From contig OX597822.1 in the NCBI GenBank assembly GCA_951406725.2, forward strand, positions 17,112,001 through 17,176,000: 64,000 bases of DNA, read 5' to 3'. Under the pieces are notes generated by a model, which ran no database searches, was not told where the DNA came from, and saw only the letters and a program-made list of their open reading frames with translations. Source of the DNA: Octopus vulgaris (Eukaryota). Below are positions 1-14,649 of the stretch, in pieces. A program made the position numbers and the translations under genes. Each line of letters begins with the position of its first letter. The first letter of the stretch is position 1.

Positions 1-2876
1 AGGGCGGGGGGGGGGGTCACGTGAGCTTTATTTTGAAAGTAGTGATTTTTAAGGTTGATGGTGAGAACCACTTCTTTAAGAATAAGTGGTTAGAGTTAAA
101 ACCTAGTCAGGTACTATGTAACACTTTCTCGAATAAGACCTCCAATGTCAAGTGAAGGTCACATCAATTGAAATATTGTGTGGATGAGAACGATTAAGCA
201 AAACAAGACATTTTTATCACTAAAGATGAAGTTACTTTTTTTAAACTTTAATTACAAAACATCACCAAATCCGGTTTCATAATTTAAATATTTAACAAAT
301 TACTTAACCAATTATCTAGCATTACATTAATGATAATTATTGTCCTAATTGAATTCTGGTAATCAGAAAAAAAAGAAGTTTATAATTTCAGATTTGGATG
401 TTATCCAAGGATATATTTCTTTCTTTATTCATGTCATTTCAGTTGCTTTTATAGACACCTGACAATCATCTCAGGTAAAATAACAAATCAAGTGAAAATT
501 TTGCTTATGTGTAGCTGCATCTTCATAATAATAATAATCATGATATTATATACTTGTTTGTTGATAGCAAGAAATTTTTTTCAAAGATTTGAATGCTCAG
601 TCATCAGTTGTGTGTGTGTGTGTGTGTGTACATATGTATGTATATAAAACAGTTGAAGAGTTTTGCCTAGCTGTTGACTGGTCTTTCACCAACTATGACC
701 CACACCTCAGAAAAAAGCAACTAAATGAAGTGTCTGATCAACATTTATGATTGTGGTACACTCAGGGAATGTTTTCCTAAGATTTACAACTTAAAATAAT
801 ATATGGTCCCTGTTGAAAAGCAAACACTGTGTTTTTAATTTTAATTTTTTTTTAGATTTGGCTGTTATGGTGTTGGTGGTGTGGTTACTTTTGTTAATTA
901 GGCTAAGATTATTTGTTAATGAATGTTTTTTTTTTACCTTTTCTAAAAGAATTATAGGAGATATTTTCATAAAGATTATCTAATTTGATATCAAATTATC
1001 TTAATAAGAAAACATGCACAAATGACAAAAAAAAAAATGATTGTCCCATCTTAATGTAAATATTTCATAGAGTTTGAAATTTTTACGAAACATTAAAAAA
1101 ATCTCATAAATAAAACCTCCAAGCAAGAAAAAAAAAGAATGAAAATAAAAAAGATTTGTTATAAGGAAATATAAAAGAAAATTAAATGAGAAAACCAAAT
1201 GACCAAAATAGGCAAAAATGAAAATGTTTTTCTATTTTTTTTTTGCTTCAGAAGTATATCTATATCAAAAATATACAACGCCATTTCAGTGCCTGGACAG
1301 GAATAACAGAAAATAAGAGCAGTTGAAAGCTTTGTAAAAGAAAGATATCATTAAATGTTTTCTGCCAATATTCATTAATTTTTAGAAATAATTTTTTAAG
1401 CAATAAAATCAATCAACTGCCAGAAACATTTATAAAATAGTGAAGTGGGTGAAACTGTCAGAAAGTTTTCAGTTATGTCGTTTTGAAAAACGTTGAGAAA
1501 AGTAAAAATAATTGTTGAGCAAAAGTTTCAATGAAATGCCACAGCAACTGAACAATATGCAATAGCAAATAAGTTTTAAGGAACTAAGTTTTAGGTTTCG
1601 CTATAATTTTGTTGTGAGTGAAGAAAGGAAAAGGAAAACAGGGAAAACTGTTTGCATATATTACACACAGATATATGTAAATTTATGCAGAATATACGAA
1701 TTATGCTATTATTTGCCTTATGACAAGAAACCTTCCATCTATGCTTAAAATAACAGCAACATAAAAGCTAAGTTATTTCTGGTGCACTCAATATGGGAAA
1801 GATTTTCAGAATCTAGTTAGCCTTGATCTTCCTCATTTCTAACTATCCTAAAATTAACTAAACTGACAAAATCTCCATTAAAATTAGGAACAAGAATAAT
1901 TAAGTCTGAATATTTGGTAGACTTTCTCAAAAGTGCTGGCATTTTGTAGTTTAATAGTTTGTTGTATCTTTGTAAAAAGATGGAAATATTTTTGTTATGA
2001 CACATTTCATCCCCCCACACACCCACCACTGCATTACACTATTTTACTTTTTTATTTCTTTGCTAAAATTTATTTTACTAACTGATAAGACCTGACAAGT
2101 CTTTTAACAAAATTATGTATTTTTAAGATTCCTACCAAAATATTTTAGCAGAAAACTTATGTAAGCAAGCAAACAATGTCATTCAAATAATTGAAAAAAA
2201 TATTTATACTTTCTTACTGTTAATGAGGATACAAAAAATAAAAAATAAAATAAAAAATTAAAAACAATCTTTTAAACAATTGTGTGACAATAAAAATGAG
2301 AAGAAAAGGGGGGGGAATCAATAAAGTCATAAATAACTGTTCCTAATGAAATCTTTTGTAGTAAATCAATGATTTTAAGATATATAATCATAACTGGGGA
2401 GGGGGGAATCCAACTTGAAAAAGAAGAGTAAAAATAAAACTGATGATAGAGAAAAGAAAGATAAATTGATGCATGGCAATTAAACAAATATAAGTGAGAC
2501 ACATGACCGACCGACCAACTGGTATCAAAGATAGAAATAGTCAATTTCTAAATTTAGTTTCTGGAATGATGATAATTCTCCCCACCACCACCGCCAAACA
2601 AAACAACACGTCCAGATATCAGATTGCTATTCAATGATTTTTAATTGATGTTAATAAATGAGATGTGACTCTCAAGACAGAAAGCAAGCACAAAAGTTCA
2701 GCTGAGAACTTTATTGGTTTGTAAATTACTGCTTAATTGGCTGATAACTAGGGAAAGTTGAGAATTGGCACAGGGGACAAAAAAATTTGTACATATTTAT
2801 CCCTTGTGAGATTAAATTGCAAAAGAAAGTGATAAAGTAGATAATAATAACAACAATAACAATAATAATAATAATC

Positions 2877-3090
2877 CTTTCTACTATAGGCACAAGGCCT
2901 GCAATTTTTTAGGAGGGGGATAAGTCAATTACATCAACCCCAGTGTTTGACTGGTACTTATTTCACTGACGCCAGAAGGATGAAAGGCAAAGTCAACCTT
3001 GGCGGAATTTGAACTCAGAAGAATGTAGAGACACAAAATGCCAAAAAGCATTTCATTTGGCATGCTAACAATTCTGCCAGCTTGCTGCCT
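2877..3090 (-). mobile_element. tRNA-derived SINE with GCCTTTCATCC...AAATAAGTACCAG core (Meta/MESC-like core from memory)
   Basis: Minus strand reads aaggcagcaagctggcagaattg ... gagttcaaattcc (B box) ... gcctttcatccttc ... aaataagtaccagtc; flanked by (AAT)n on both sides. Related copies near 15050, 15990, 43640, 54555 and 55245-55795. Confidence 0.7.
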
Positions 3091-4550
3091 TAATAATGAT
3101 AATAATAATGATAATAATAATAATAATGATGATGATGATAATAATAACAACAACAATAATAACAACTATAACAATAAATATATAAGCTGAAGAGGTTCTG
3201 CTGTTTGACTATTGCTCTTGAAATAGAGATTGGTTCATAATGTAATTTGAAGGGGAAATTTATTTGAACAAAACCTTTATAAACATAATGCAATAAAGGA
3301 ATTGGGGGAGGGGGGATGGAACATTTCTACAATATTCGCTCTTGCTATTCAGTTTTGTAAATCCTTTACAGAAGACATCCTTATATTCTAAAATATCCCA
3401 TAGAATTTTTATATCATATTTTCTTGTACATTTCATAAAAACGAATTTCTGCTGAAACAACATCCTCAAGATTTGTTTTTTTTAAATTTTTAGATGGAAA
3501 TTTGATATTTCAGAACAAGAGATTCTTTAATGGATATTCTGGCACTTTGCAATTAAACGACCAGTTTAAACAGGAATAATTAACAGAAAAATAGCGAACT
3601 TTTTGGAATTTCAAAAATAAACAATGATCAACAAGAACAATAATTCATGTAAGAGAGAGAAATTAAACTTGCCTTTCATATTTTTCCTATCAAAGATGGA
3701 CTTAATCTATAATCTTTGACATTGGCTGGAATGCTTGCCTAAAAAAATAAATGTCACTGCTCAATACTGGCATTACTGAAGGAGGAGGTGCTGCATGAAA
3801 TTCTTCAAAAGTTCTCTGATTCTAAGATATTTTCCATGGTTTTGCATTGTATTGTCTTCTAAACATTATTTTACACTTATTCAGTTTATTCTTTCTTATT
3901 TATAGAGAAAGAAATTATTTCCAGCTAATTAAATGGCTTATAGTTAATTAACATAGATATGTATTAAAATATGAAAATACAGGAGTTTAAAAAAAAAACC
4001 TTTATGCATTATTTCAGCAAACAAGATAAACAAATAAAAGAGAAAAAGAAAAAGAAAAAATAGAATTTAATCCAATAAAAGATATTTGAGAAGAACAGGA
4101 TTAACTATTTAGGTTAAGTTCAGAAACAAGAGACATTTTGTGGAAGATGATAAAACTGCATCAGTTTATAACAGTAACGGACACTAACCTAGTAAGGTAG
4201 GTCTTGCCAAAAGAAGATCACATCTTCAGTCCATAAGCAACAGAATATTATAAGATTATTTCCTCTCAGCCAATATTTCCCTTCCAGATTTAATTGTTTT
4301 AACATTAATCTGTTCAAAACTTGCTTCTATTAAAGTATTCAAATATTAAATTTAAATCTTGGACTGAAATATTATTATGATATAAAATATAATGTTACAT
4401 TTTCATAGTTTGTTTCTGTTAATTTGAAAGTAAGTTATTTCACTAAACCACTTGTAATTCATGATTCTTTAAAAAAATTAACACACAAAGGCAGAATGTA
4501 TTTTTGTTAGAGACACTGTCACAAAAGGGTTAACAAGACACACACACACA

Positions 4551-5057
<507 letters not shown>

Positions 5058-5701
5058 TGAAAATGTTCATGTTTCTTTGCCAAAGATTTGCTTTTAATTG
5101 ATAATGACAAAGTTATTTAACTTTTTATTCATTTATTTGTTTATTTTTTTGCTCTCTGTCAAAAATCTCTGGAACGCATCACCCAACAAAAATTATTTTG
5201 CTAACAAATGTCTGCCACTAACAATGTGCCAGACTGAACACTAGATGGTGCTAAAAACAAAAAATAAAACATTTTTTTTTATATATAGAATATTTCAACA
5301 TTTGTTATCAACTGTCCTTAAGGAAGAATTTAAGATAAGCTTCATAAGAGAGACTGAAAATGAAAAAGAAAAAATTTCTAAACAAGGAAAGAAGAAATAG
5401 AAGTTTCAGAAAAAAATAAATAAATAAAGTAACATTTAAACTTTAAGTTCCTTTCTTCTAAACCTTTTATGAAAAGCAAAATTTATAGAATACAGAAGAC
5501 ATTTCTGGTTTTGGACTTTATATATATTTTTTCTTTCTTTCTTTTTTTCTGTTTTTTTTTTTTTTTGCAACAAGAAAAATATTCATATTCAAAATCATTT
5601 CAAGCATTCTAATGATTAACATAAAAGATATCACATCAACTTGCAGAAATGATTTTGGAACAAATAAATATGGAATGGACTGAACTGCAATCTTCAAAGT
5701 G

Positions 5702-5970
5702 TCAGAAGATATCACAATAGGAGTTTGTTGTCAAAGAAATTAATTTGTAATGCCTGGGTGAGTGTGACGGTTGATCTCTGTCATTTGATAAGAATTCAGT
5801 TGTTTGGTCAACTGAATGACCAGCTCTTGAACTAACATGTGTACAGTTGAGCATTTTGCAGGCACATGTAGCGTTCATGTAATCGTCAGGCAGAGTCTGC
5901 AAGACATGTTGTGTGGCCTTTCTGATACAATCCAACCATCTGATGGCAAATGTGACACTAAGTGCGATTA
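5702..5970 (-). CDS. Possible terminal exon of an unknown small ORF (speculative)
   Basis: Non-repetitive 269-nt open frame (IALSVTFAIRWLDCIRKATQHVLQ...SYCDIF*) preceded by a pyrimidine-rich acceptor ttcttcgtattctctggcag. No homology recognised. Confidence 0.25.
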
Positions 5971-7058
5971 CTGCCAGAGAATACGAAGAACATTTTCAAA
6001 AGACTTGAAAACAAATACAAAAAAGTTTAGAACTTGTGAAAATCTTGAAACTGAATTTCTTAAAAAGGAATTATGCTTTATATGGTTGCAAAAACAAAAG
6101 GGAAAATTCAATGAACCTAATAAAATAAAAATGCTTAAATGTATCAACAGTGATCTTACCTGCCAAAAACCCAACATATAAATGCATATATAAACCCAGT
6201 CCTTTACACACACATACTCACATGCGTTAACAATATACTATATATCGTTTTTGTTAATTTTGAGGGATAAAATTACAAAAGTACTGAATACACAATGGTG
6301 TTAGAAGTCTGTTAATTCTAGAGGATCTATTGCATAGATCAAGAGAGATCAATGTAATTCCATATATATATATATACATACATATATTTATATATACATA
6401 CATATACATATATATATACATAAATATATATATATATATATACATACATATACATATACATTTATATATATATCTATATATATATATCTATATATACACA
6501 TACATATGTATATAAATATGTATGTGTGTTTGTATATATGTACATAATATATATATATATATGTGTGTATGTATGTATATATATAATATATGATGATGAT
6601 GATGATGATATAATACATATCTATATAAGTGCTGGGGCTAATTCATTCTACTAAAACCTCTTCAAGGCAGTGCTGCTCCAGCATGGCTGTAATCTAATGG
6701 GTGAAACAAGTGAAAAATAAAGAAAAAAATATATTATATGATAATATATATATATATATATATATATATAGTGTGTATATATCATATATAATAAATATAT
6801 AACACTGCCAAGTTTTAAATAAAAATAAACATCCACAGTTACACAAACACTTATGTATGAGCATAGATTCACATATGTAGACAGAAGTCAGTTCACTATA
6901 CACACATTTTTATATGCCAGAATATCTGTAAATACAGACATGTACATGTGCGCACACACACACACATATAGTTAATCCAAACATGAAAACACAATAACGC
7001 GAGGATGTGGAACAAGTATAGTGTTATTGGACACTCAGAAAAGGAAAGAAAGAAGGAG

Positions 7059-7100
<42 letters not shown>

Positions 7101-7925
7101 TCTATCTATATATATATATTAGAATACAATATTTTTCGTCAGGAATTGATAAAATAAAATTTGTTTTGAGAAGGCAGTGAAGTCTATATTTCATTAATTA
7201 AAATTGCTGTTATTGTTGTGTAATCCGATTTAATCATTTAGAAATCTTGAAATCTATTAAATTAATTTTTGACTTTTGAACCAACTGTTTATAAAGTCTC
7301 TTTACCAAAAACCTTTCTCTATTTGCTTTTTACATGTGCACAGTCTGTTGAATGAAGATGCTCTACTAAACACTACACCAACTGTAGAATATATTGGTCT
7401 GGGATGAGGAAACAAAAGAGTGTAACATTCTGAGTAGAAATCTTTAAGAAAGAAAGAAAGGGAGAGAGGGATCTTATAATACATGGTACTTGTACCTGGT
7501 GGTATATATTCTGCCACCATTTCTTCATTTTGTAACTATCTATACTCACTAATTACCAATGCAGACTGTCACTCATTAACTCAGATCCTAGTCTTCACAG
7601 AAATAACTTCATTAAGTGGAAGAAATAATTCCTTTTAAGTTTGTTGGTTGATGCAGGTCATGCTACAGCAGAGCACAACACTTGTAACGGCAGCATCAGA
7701 GGTTCAATAGCAAGTATAATTCTCTTTGTTTTTAGAATTAAAACTTTGAAAAAAAACATTTTAAACTGGGAAATGTTGAGTTTTAAAGTCATATCAATAA
7801 CTGTACTGATACTTAGCAAAACGTAAGTGATGCCTTCAGACAATTTTGGTTAATAAGTGGTTTCCATTTAATGTTTTTTGCTAGATGTGTGTGTGTGTAT
7901 ACAGGTGCACACAAATTTATATACA

Positions 7926-7960
<35 letters not shown>

Positions 7961-9608
7961 TATAATATATATGCAATGTATATAAAATATGTATACAGAA
8001 ACGGATGAGTGTGTATGTATATATTGACAGATGGATAGATAGAAATAGATTTATAGTCCCTACATTTAAACAGAATACAAATTAATTTTTGTGTTTATTG
8101 TATAATATAAATTACATTTCATAGCAACACCTGCTAACATGTGCAAAAGGAGGAAACATTATTTTATGGTTATAATTATCTAGATCTCTGTTATGCTTGC
8201 ATTGAAGTCAAGGGAGATTTCTCTGTAAATATTCAAACACTAGACCCAATGCATAAGAAAAGCAATTTCTATTAGGAATCTATGTTATTTAGCAAGATAC
8301 ATTAATTAGAAATGAAATGAGCTAAACTATTGAGTTAACAGTGTTTCTGAATCCAACAAGAGACAAGACTTCACACATTTCATAACAAATTAGATTAGAG
8401 AGGAATATTTTGAAAATAAAATAGTATTCTTTGTAATAATTCTGAAGATGAAAAGCAAGAATTTTTCAAATGGTAATTTATCTTTAAAAGCAGCAGTCAT
8501 GAAAGAGAGAATTTGTAAGGCCTGCATCCAGTTTATGGCACTTCTGTTTTCACAAGTTCATAATACTTACGTTTCATTGAAACTCAATGATAATAACTAT
8601 TATTCATTTTGCTGCTACAATGTTTTAAAGAGAAGGAAAACAACAAACATCATCAACAAATTAGAAATATTTTGATCTAAATATTAAAAAAATTATAGGC
8701 TGAATTGTATTTTGTGATCTGATCTTCAAAGAAAATAAGATACCCTGGGGGAGCTTCAAATATAATTTTTTTGTGGTTATTTATAATAAACAAAGCAGTT
8801 TAAAAAATATCTTCTCAGTCAGCACAAGATGAAAAATAAATAAAAGGACAACTTGATACTGCCTGGTTATATTTAATTGATGTTTCCTGTTGCATTTTAT
8901 GAATATTAAGGAATAGGAACTGGAAAAATTAGTAGACATAAAAGTACATATTTTATAAGTGAACTATGGATGCTATTAATGTAAAGCATTAATATTCTGT
9001 CCATTTATTTTAAGAGATCTAAGAAAACTTTCGGAATTTTACAGCATATGAGCATTAAGTTCTCAAGAAATTCAATCTAAATATCCTCCATAGATTATTA
9101 ATTTCCAAAGTTCAAAAGATGCAATATAATTTAACTAAATTTCTAACTAATGCTGTTTAATAAATTTTAATACTTGACAGACTTATTAGAATGTGGAAAA
9201 GAAATGAAGAAAAACCAAACAGCTTAAGTCAATCTGAACTGACAAAGATTAGAAGAATGAGCATTTTGAGTTGATGAAGGAGTGGGAATCTCTGAAGGAC
9301 AGATTTTGGAAAGAGGAGTAAGTGTTGGCTAATGTACTTATATATATATATGCACACACACACATAATTGGTTTAGATTTAGTTAACATGTACTCAACAA
9401 AAGAAATATACTTTTTGTAACACTTGTTCAAATGACTGACTTCCCAAACTGATAGAGATAAGTAACCAAAGCAAACCTAGTAGTGATGAGAATGCTTAGT
9501 ACTACAGTTAAGGTACAGAAATAACACCATATAGACGTGTGTGAGACAAACATGGTTTGAGTTCCATGAGAGAACCTATTCTGTCTTGTAAGCATATATG
9601 TGTGTATT

Positions 9609-9610
<2 letters not shown>

Positions 9611-9706
<96 letters not shown>

Positions 9707-9833
9707 CATATATATATATACATATATACATACATATATATATACATACATATATATATACATACATATATATATACATATATATACATACATATATATA
9801 TATACATACATATATATATACATACATATATAT

Positions 9834-9886
<53 letters not shown>

Positions 9887-9940
9887 TATATATGTGTGTG
9901 TATATATATATATATGTGTGTGTGTATATATATCTATCTA

Positions 9941-9991
<51 letters not shown>

Positions 9992-10015
9992 ATATGTACA
10001 TACATATACACATAT
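9611..10015. repeat. Compound (TA)n/(CA)n/(TACA)n microsatellite
   Basis: Directly visible; it produces the many YIYI ORFs in the track. Confidence 0.95.
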
Positions 10016-10588
10016 ACTTATATAAAGAGAGACAAAGAAGAAATGGTATGTTTATTGTAAGTTTCCAGTATGGAAGTGATCTATTGTGTATGTTTAGCTT
10101 TTATCAAAAAATATTGAATGAATCTCTAAATAAAACAATGAAATGAGCAAGAAAAGAGGACAAATGAAGTGTATTAAGGAGAAAGGGTGATGATTGTTTT
10201 TCAAGGATTTAAAACATTGAACAGAAAAGCCTTAGTAATACGTTTAGCAATATGAAACCAGAAGAAAAGTGTAGGCAGCAAAATGGAAATCATTTTGGAC
10301 TTACTATAACAGTTTTGATATCACAAATGCTATGATTTACTTAAAAATAAAAATCTTTGTAATTTTCTAATGCAGTAATCATTTGCTGTTTTATATTTTG
10401 TTAAAAGTGCCATCTAGTGTTCATCATGCCAACAAAGGGCACCCATCAAGACCAAAAAAAAGGCCTTTCTTTAAAATAAAAAAAATAAAAAAAAAAAACA
10501 AAATGTCCCTTGGAACAGAGACTACATTTAATGAAAGGATCCATACAAAATATCTTAAAACAGGTGTATATATATTATTGAATTTTAT

Positions 10589-11003
10589 TTATTTTATTAT
10601 AAAAAAAAATTTTTCTTGTAACGTCCGAACTAAAACATCTCTCATTTTTGATTTAAAATCTTCATACCATTGAATGAAATGCCTTCGACGATTTGCTTTC
10701 TGTACTTGGCTCATTGCTGCCTCTTTTTCTAAAAGAGCAGGCAACTCACTCCAGTGTTTAACATAGATAAAAGGTGCTTTGCTTTCTTTTAGCAGCCGTA
10801 GAGGAATATTTTTGGACGAAACTGAATGGCCGCAGTTTCCAGAGGTCATTACATCTTCGACAACTGGAAGAGATCCATAAGATAATGCTTCATATATTCT
10901 GTAGCACTCAGTATTTACTCCAACAGGACTAAGTGTCAAATCACTTTGGGCTAGAGACCGCAGGTAATCGTCACGAGAATCTTCAGTTTCCTTAGGGCTC
11001 CAC
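10589..11003 (-). CDS. RXYLT1: Terminal coding exon of ribitol-5-phosphate xylosyltransferase 1 (TMEM5) orthologue
   Basis: Translates to (E)[58 protein letters not shown]...PLRLLKESKAPFIYVKHWSELPALLEKE...QWYEDFK. This matches the vertebrate RXYLT1 C-terminus as I recall it ([40 protein letters not shown]). Acceptor ctactgcag|G at 11004/11003; TAA stop at 10589-10591. The N-terminal part of the listed ORF (11004-11131) is intronic. Confidence 0.95.
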
Positions 11004-11185
11004 CTGCAGTAGGAGTAATAATAATAATGAATAAATAATAATAATGATGATGAGGATAATGACAACAACAATAATAGTAACAATAATAATAGCGTATCTT
11101 TGAAAGAAATGGAGAAAGTCTTAAAATACAAAATCTCTAAATAGAGATAACTCTAATATAGAAAACTGAAAACAGAAACAATCCC

Positions 11186-11187
<2 letters not shown>

Positions 11188-11275
<88 letters not shown>
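11188..11275. repeat. (AAT)n microsatellite
   Basis: Directly visible. Confidence 0.95.
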
Positions 11276-11276
<1 letters not shown>

Positions 11277-11689
11277 GGTGCTTTAGTTATGTCCAGAAAA
11301 CATGGAGACACATACATAATTACAACAGCAGGCACAACTTACATAAGGTAGTTTCAAGTAAAAATAACAACACAAAACAAAAGCACAACACATAACCAAG
11401 GTTTATACAAATCAATGTTTATCATTCCATTTGTAATTACTAAAAGTAGAATGATACAAATGTTGTGTCTGCAGATTGAGCAACTGTTTAGCAATTATAG
11501 CATCAAAATAAGTCAGGTTCACAACATTAGAACATTAATATCTGTTATTGCAGCAATAGAATTCTCTGAAAATGTTTTCCAGCCTCAAACATGTCTACTA
11601 AAGTGGGTCTGTTCCAATTTTTCTGTCGGAAAATTGGTGCTTTGAAAATCTAAAATCATTTACCATAAAAAACAAATGGAAAAAGATTA

Positions 11690-12065
11690 GTAATAAGATG
11701 GAGACCCACCTGACCCCAAAAGTTAGATCTAGCTTTAAAGAGGCACAAAACAAAAGCAGTTCTGAATCAGATAATGATATAAACCTCATCAAATCCCCTA
11801 ATTTGCTGACATGTACTACTGTAGTATTATCCATGTAGGCTTTTTAGAGGGTGGCATCTGAAATCCCTCTCCAAGTTCTTTTGGAACTGACCATCCCATT
11901 GCTGCTTCCCTTGCCACACAAACAGTATACAGGAGATTGCACAGCCCATTGCTATGCTACCTTCCAAATTGATCCAAGTGGGTGTGTACTCTTTGGTGGA
12001 GAATCACATATAGAAACCATGAGAATACTTCTTCAGCAGTTTTCTTTGGAATAGGATACGTCTCA
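11690..12065 (-). mobile_element. Degenerate reverse-transcriptase fragment of an RLE-type non-LTR retrotransposon (HERO-like)
   Basis: Minus strand, with frameshifts, reads ...WINLE-GIAMGCAISCILFV... and ...MPP-LKAYMDNTTVV.... These resemble HERO-clade RT motifs GIxMGCxIS and LKAFMDDTT. Confidence 0.6.
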
Positions 12066-14480
12066 ACAGTCAGTTAAATCATGGTATATGCTAATTTGTT
12101 GACATATACTAATAATACTTAAGGGTTTTTTATTAATTTGATTTCTGTGTAAGGGTGGGTGGGGGGAGTAGTGTCCATGTTTATACACATGGTTCAAGAC
12201 CAGGGGGATTGATGCCGTTAATGTTGCAGCTGGGCTGTTGTTGCAGGTTGACATTAGCAAGGAAGGAGGGAGAAAGTTTGGGGTGGGGGGATGGCAATAT
12301 GCAGGGGTTATGGGTGGGGAAGACTGAGCACAGTGGTTATTGTGGAGACTTAGGGTGTTGGCCACAATAAGGGTGAGGAAATGTTCAGTGATGAATGGGT
12401 CAGAAGTGCCAGTGTAATGCCTCATGTAAGCTCAAGTTCAAGTTTGTGTTTAGCCACTTTTTTCAAAATGTTTTAAAATTTAAAATATAAAAAGAAAAAT
12501 ATTCATTTGAAATTGTAACGCAAAATTTTTGGGTTTTTTCAGTGAAGTATAATACATCACAAAGCATAAAAATAGCAAATCCTTTATATTAGAGATTGAT
12601 AAGAAATGAGTCTGACATAGGTTACAAAGATGCTAATATATATATATAGTGAGATAGATTAGTAAACAATCTTTGAAAAGAGCTTTGTGAGAATATGGAA
12701 GAGTCCATTTGAAATGAAGAGCAGCTAACATGGAATAAACTGGCACCAACACAACATATCTACTCACTTTCGTTTTTGCTTACATCAATCAATCTTGTTG
12801 ACATGAATGTTATTGTTTATTTAGTCCATGCAAACACTCCATTCAAAAAAGTTCTCCTGGTTCTCATACCAGCCATTTAGTGTTAGTTTACCATCACATT
12901 TTTTAAATATTTTTTTTATGTTGCCAGCTTGTCTGTGTAATCAAAGTGATTAATAATTCTTTATCATAAACATATTTGAATCCCAGTTTTCTTTTTCTTT
13001 TCCTTTCTTTTTCTTTTTGTCATATTTCCAACCAGCAAATATCAATAGTGGTAGTAGCACTGCTGATTAAATAGTAACATTTTCAGTGATGGCCAATAAA
13101 TGTGTTATCAGATAACCAAAATTGCTTGAATATATCAAACCCAAGAACAATAGCAACAAAATATCACTTTTTGTTGTTCATCCTTTCCTTTTTGTCTTGA
13201 TATTGTTGTATAAATATTTTTTGTAATACAAAGTGTATACAGATTCATTTACATTTTGTTTGCTATTAAAATTTTTTTTCTCCTTACTAATTTATTTTTC
13301 AATTTAAAAAAAAATATAGCCTTTTGAACAGAATGAATTATTAGCGAAATGCATTAAAAAGCGAGGAATAATTAACACATCAGCTGAAAATAACTTGTGA
13401 AAAACAAGGAAATATTAAACAATGAATGGCTATAAAGAAGTGCTACAACACAAAACAATCTTATTATAAAACAACCCAGGAACCATGGGCTAAATAATGT
13501 TTACACATTGTATTACAAAATTATTAATTGCCTAATAAATTATTTATGCTAAACAGGCAGCTTTGCTTTGTTACATATGCACACTGTAATTGAATTGCAT
13601 GCCAGGTGAACAATTCAAGCACAGAGCCAGACAGAAAGGTCATAAGTTTAGCCACGTGTCCTCTTATGAGGTGCATTACTTACTTTAATCAACTTGGCTG
13701 AAAGTAAGTGGAATTTCCAGCTTCAATTATAGTTGAGTGAGCGGACACAAAGCAAGTTAACCAGCCATAAACAAAATAAATAAAACACATCTGCTCGAAG
13801 CAGTTATGCAAATTAAACCAATCCCAGATCTTTTCCAAAGTTGTTTGACTTGCTCGCCAGATGTTATGTAAGTTTATATAAGTTTATTTTCTTTTAAGTT
13901 TGGAGCCCCATGATCTAATTTGAATGGTGAGATTATCATGGCAAGAACATCCACCCTTGATGATAATATAATTTGATCTAGCTCCTACCCTAAAAAAAGG
14001 GAACAACAACTAAATTAGTGCATTGGTGTAAATGAAGAGTGTGTTAATTTAATGAACTTATAGCTTTGATTTAAAATCCAATCACCTGTTAAAATTTATT
14101 GTGAAGTTAATGAATTTAACGAGAGAGAGAGAGAGGTCCATAAAAGACAGATTTTACTTTCTTAGAGTGTTTAATTAGTTATAAATTTTATTATAAATTC
14201 ATTATGGCTCTTCAAAATTAAGACGAACTGGAGTTATTTGATAATGGTTACAATTAATCAAGACGTAAAGAAGGCAATAAAACTAATTATTGTACAAAAT
14301 GAAGGATGATCAACATATACGATATTAGCATCAACAATCAAGATGTAATATTGATATTTCTAAGAATGAAGAAATATTGAACAGTTTCTTAGCTTAATTT
14401 TGTAGTAACTCAAAACCAAAATCCATAACATAATACATATTGTCTACATTCTAAATATATAATCATAATTTTGAAAAACA

Positions 14481-14649
14481 GCACCCACTACGCTCACAGA
14501 GTGGGTGGTGTTAGGAAAGGCATCCAGCTGTAGAAACACTGCCAGATCAGACTGGAGCCTGGTGCAGCCTCCTGGCTTCCCAGACCCCAGTTGAACCGTC
14601 CAACTCATGCCGACATGGAAAACAGACGTTAAACAATGATGATGATGAT
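14481..14649 (+). mobile_element. SINE 3' portion with RTE-5'UTR-like (Ceph-domain-like) body and (GAT)n tail
   Basis: gtgttaggaaaggcatccagctgtagaaacactgcc...catggaaaacagacgttaaacaatgatgatg; many copies in the window. Confidence 0.75.

Noticed and set aside
11530-11625. THAP-domain-like reading (SVIAAIEFSENVF...LK-GSVPIF)
   Set aside because: Needs a frameshift and lacks the Cys/His zinc ligands; too weak.
12150-12420. Possible Penelope GIY-YIG C-terminal remnant on the minus strand (similar hint at 29340-29560)
   Set aside because: Only 4-6 residue motifs (TEHF, NGIN, NTLQPH); cannot be supported without a profile search.
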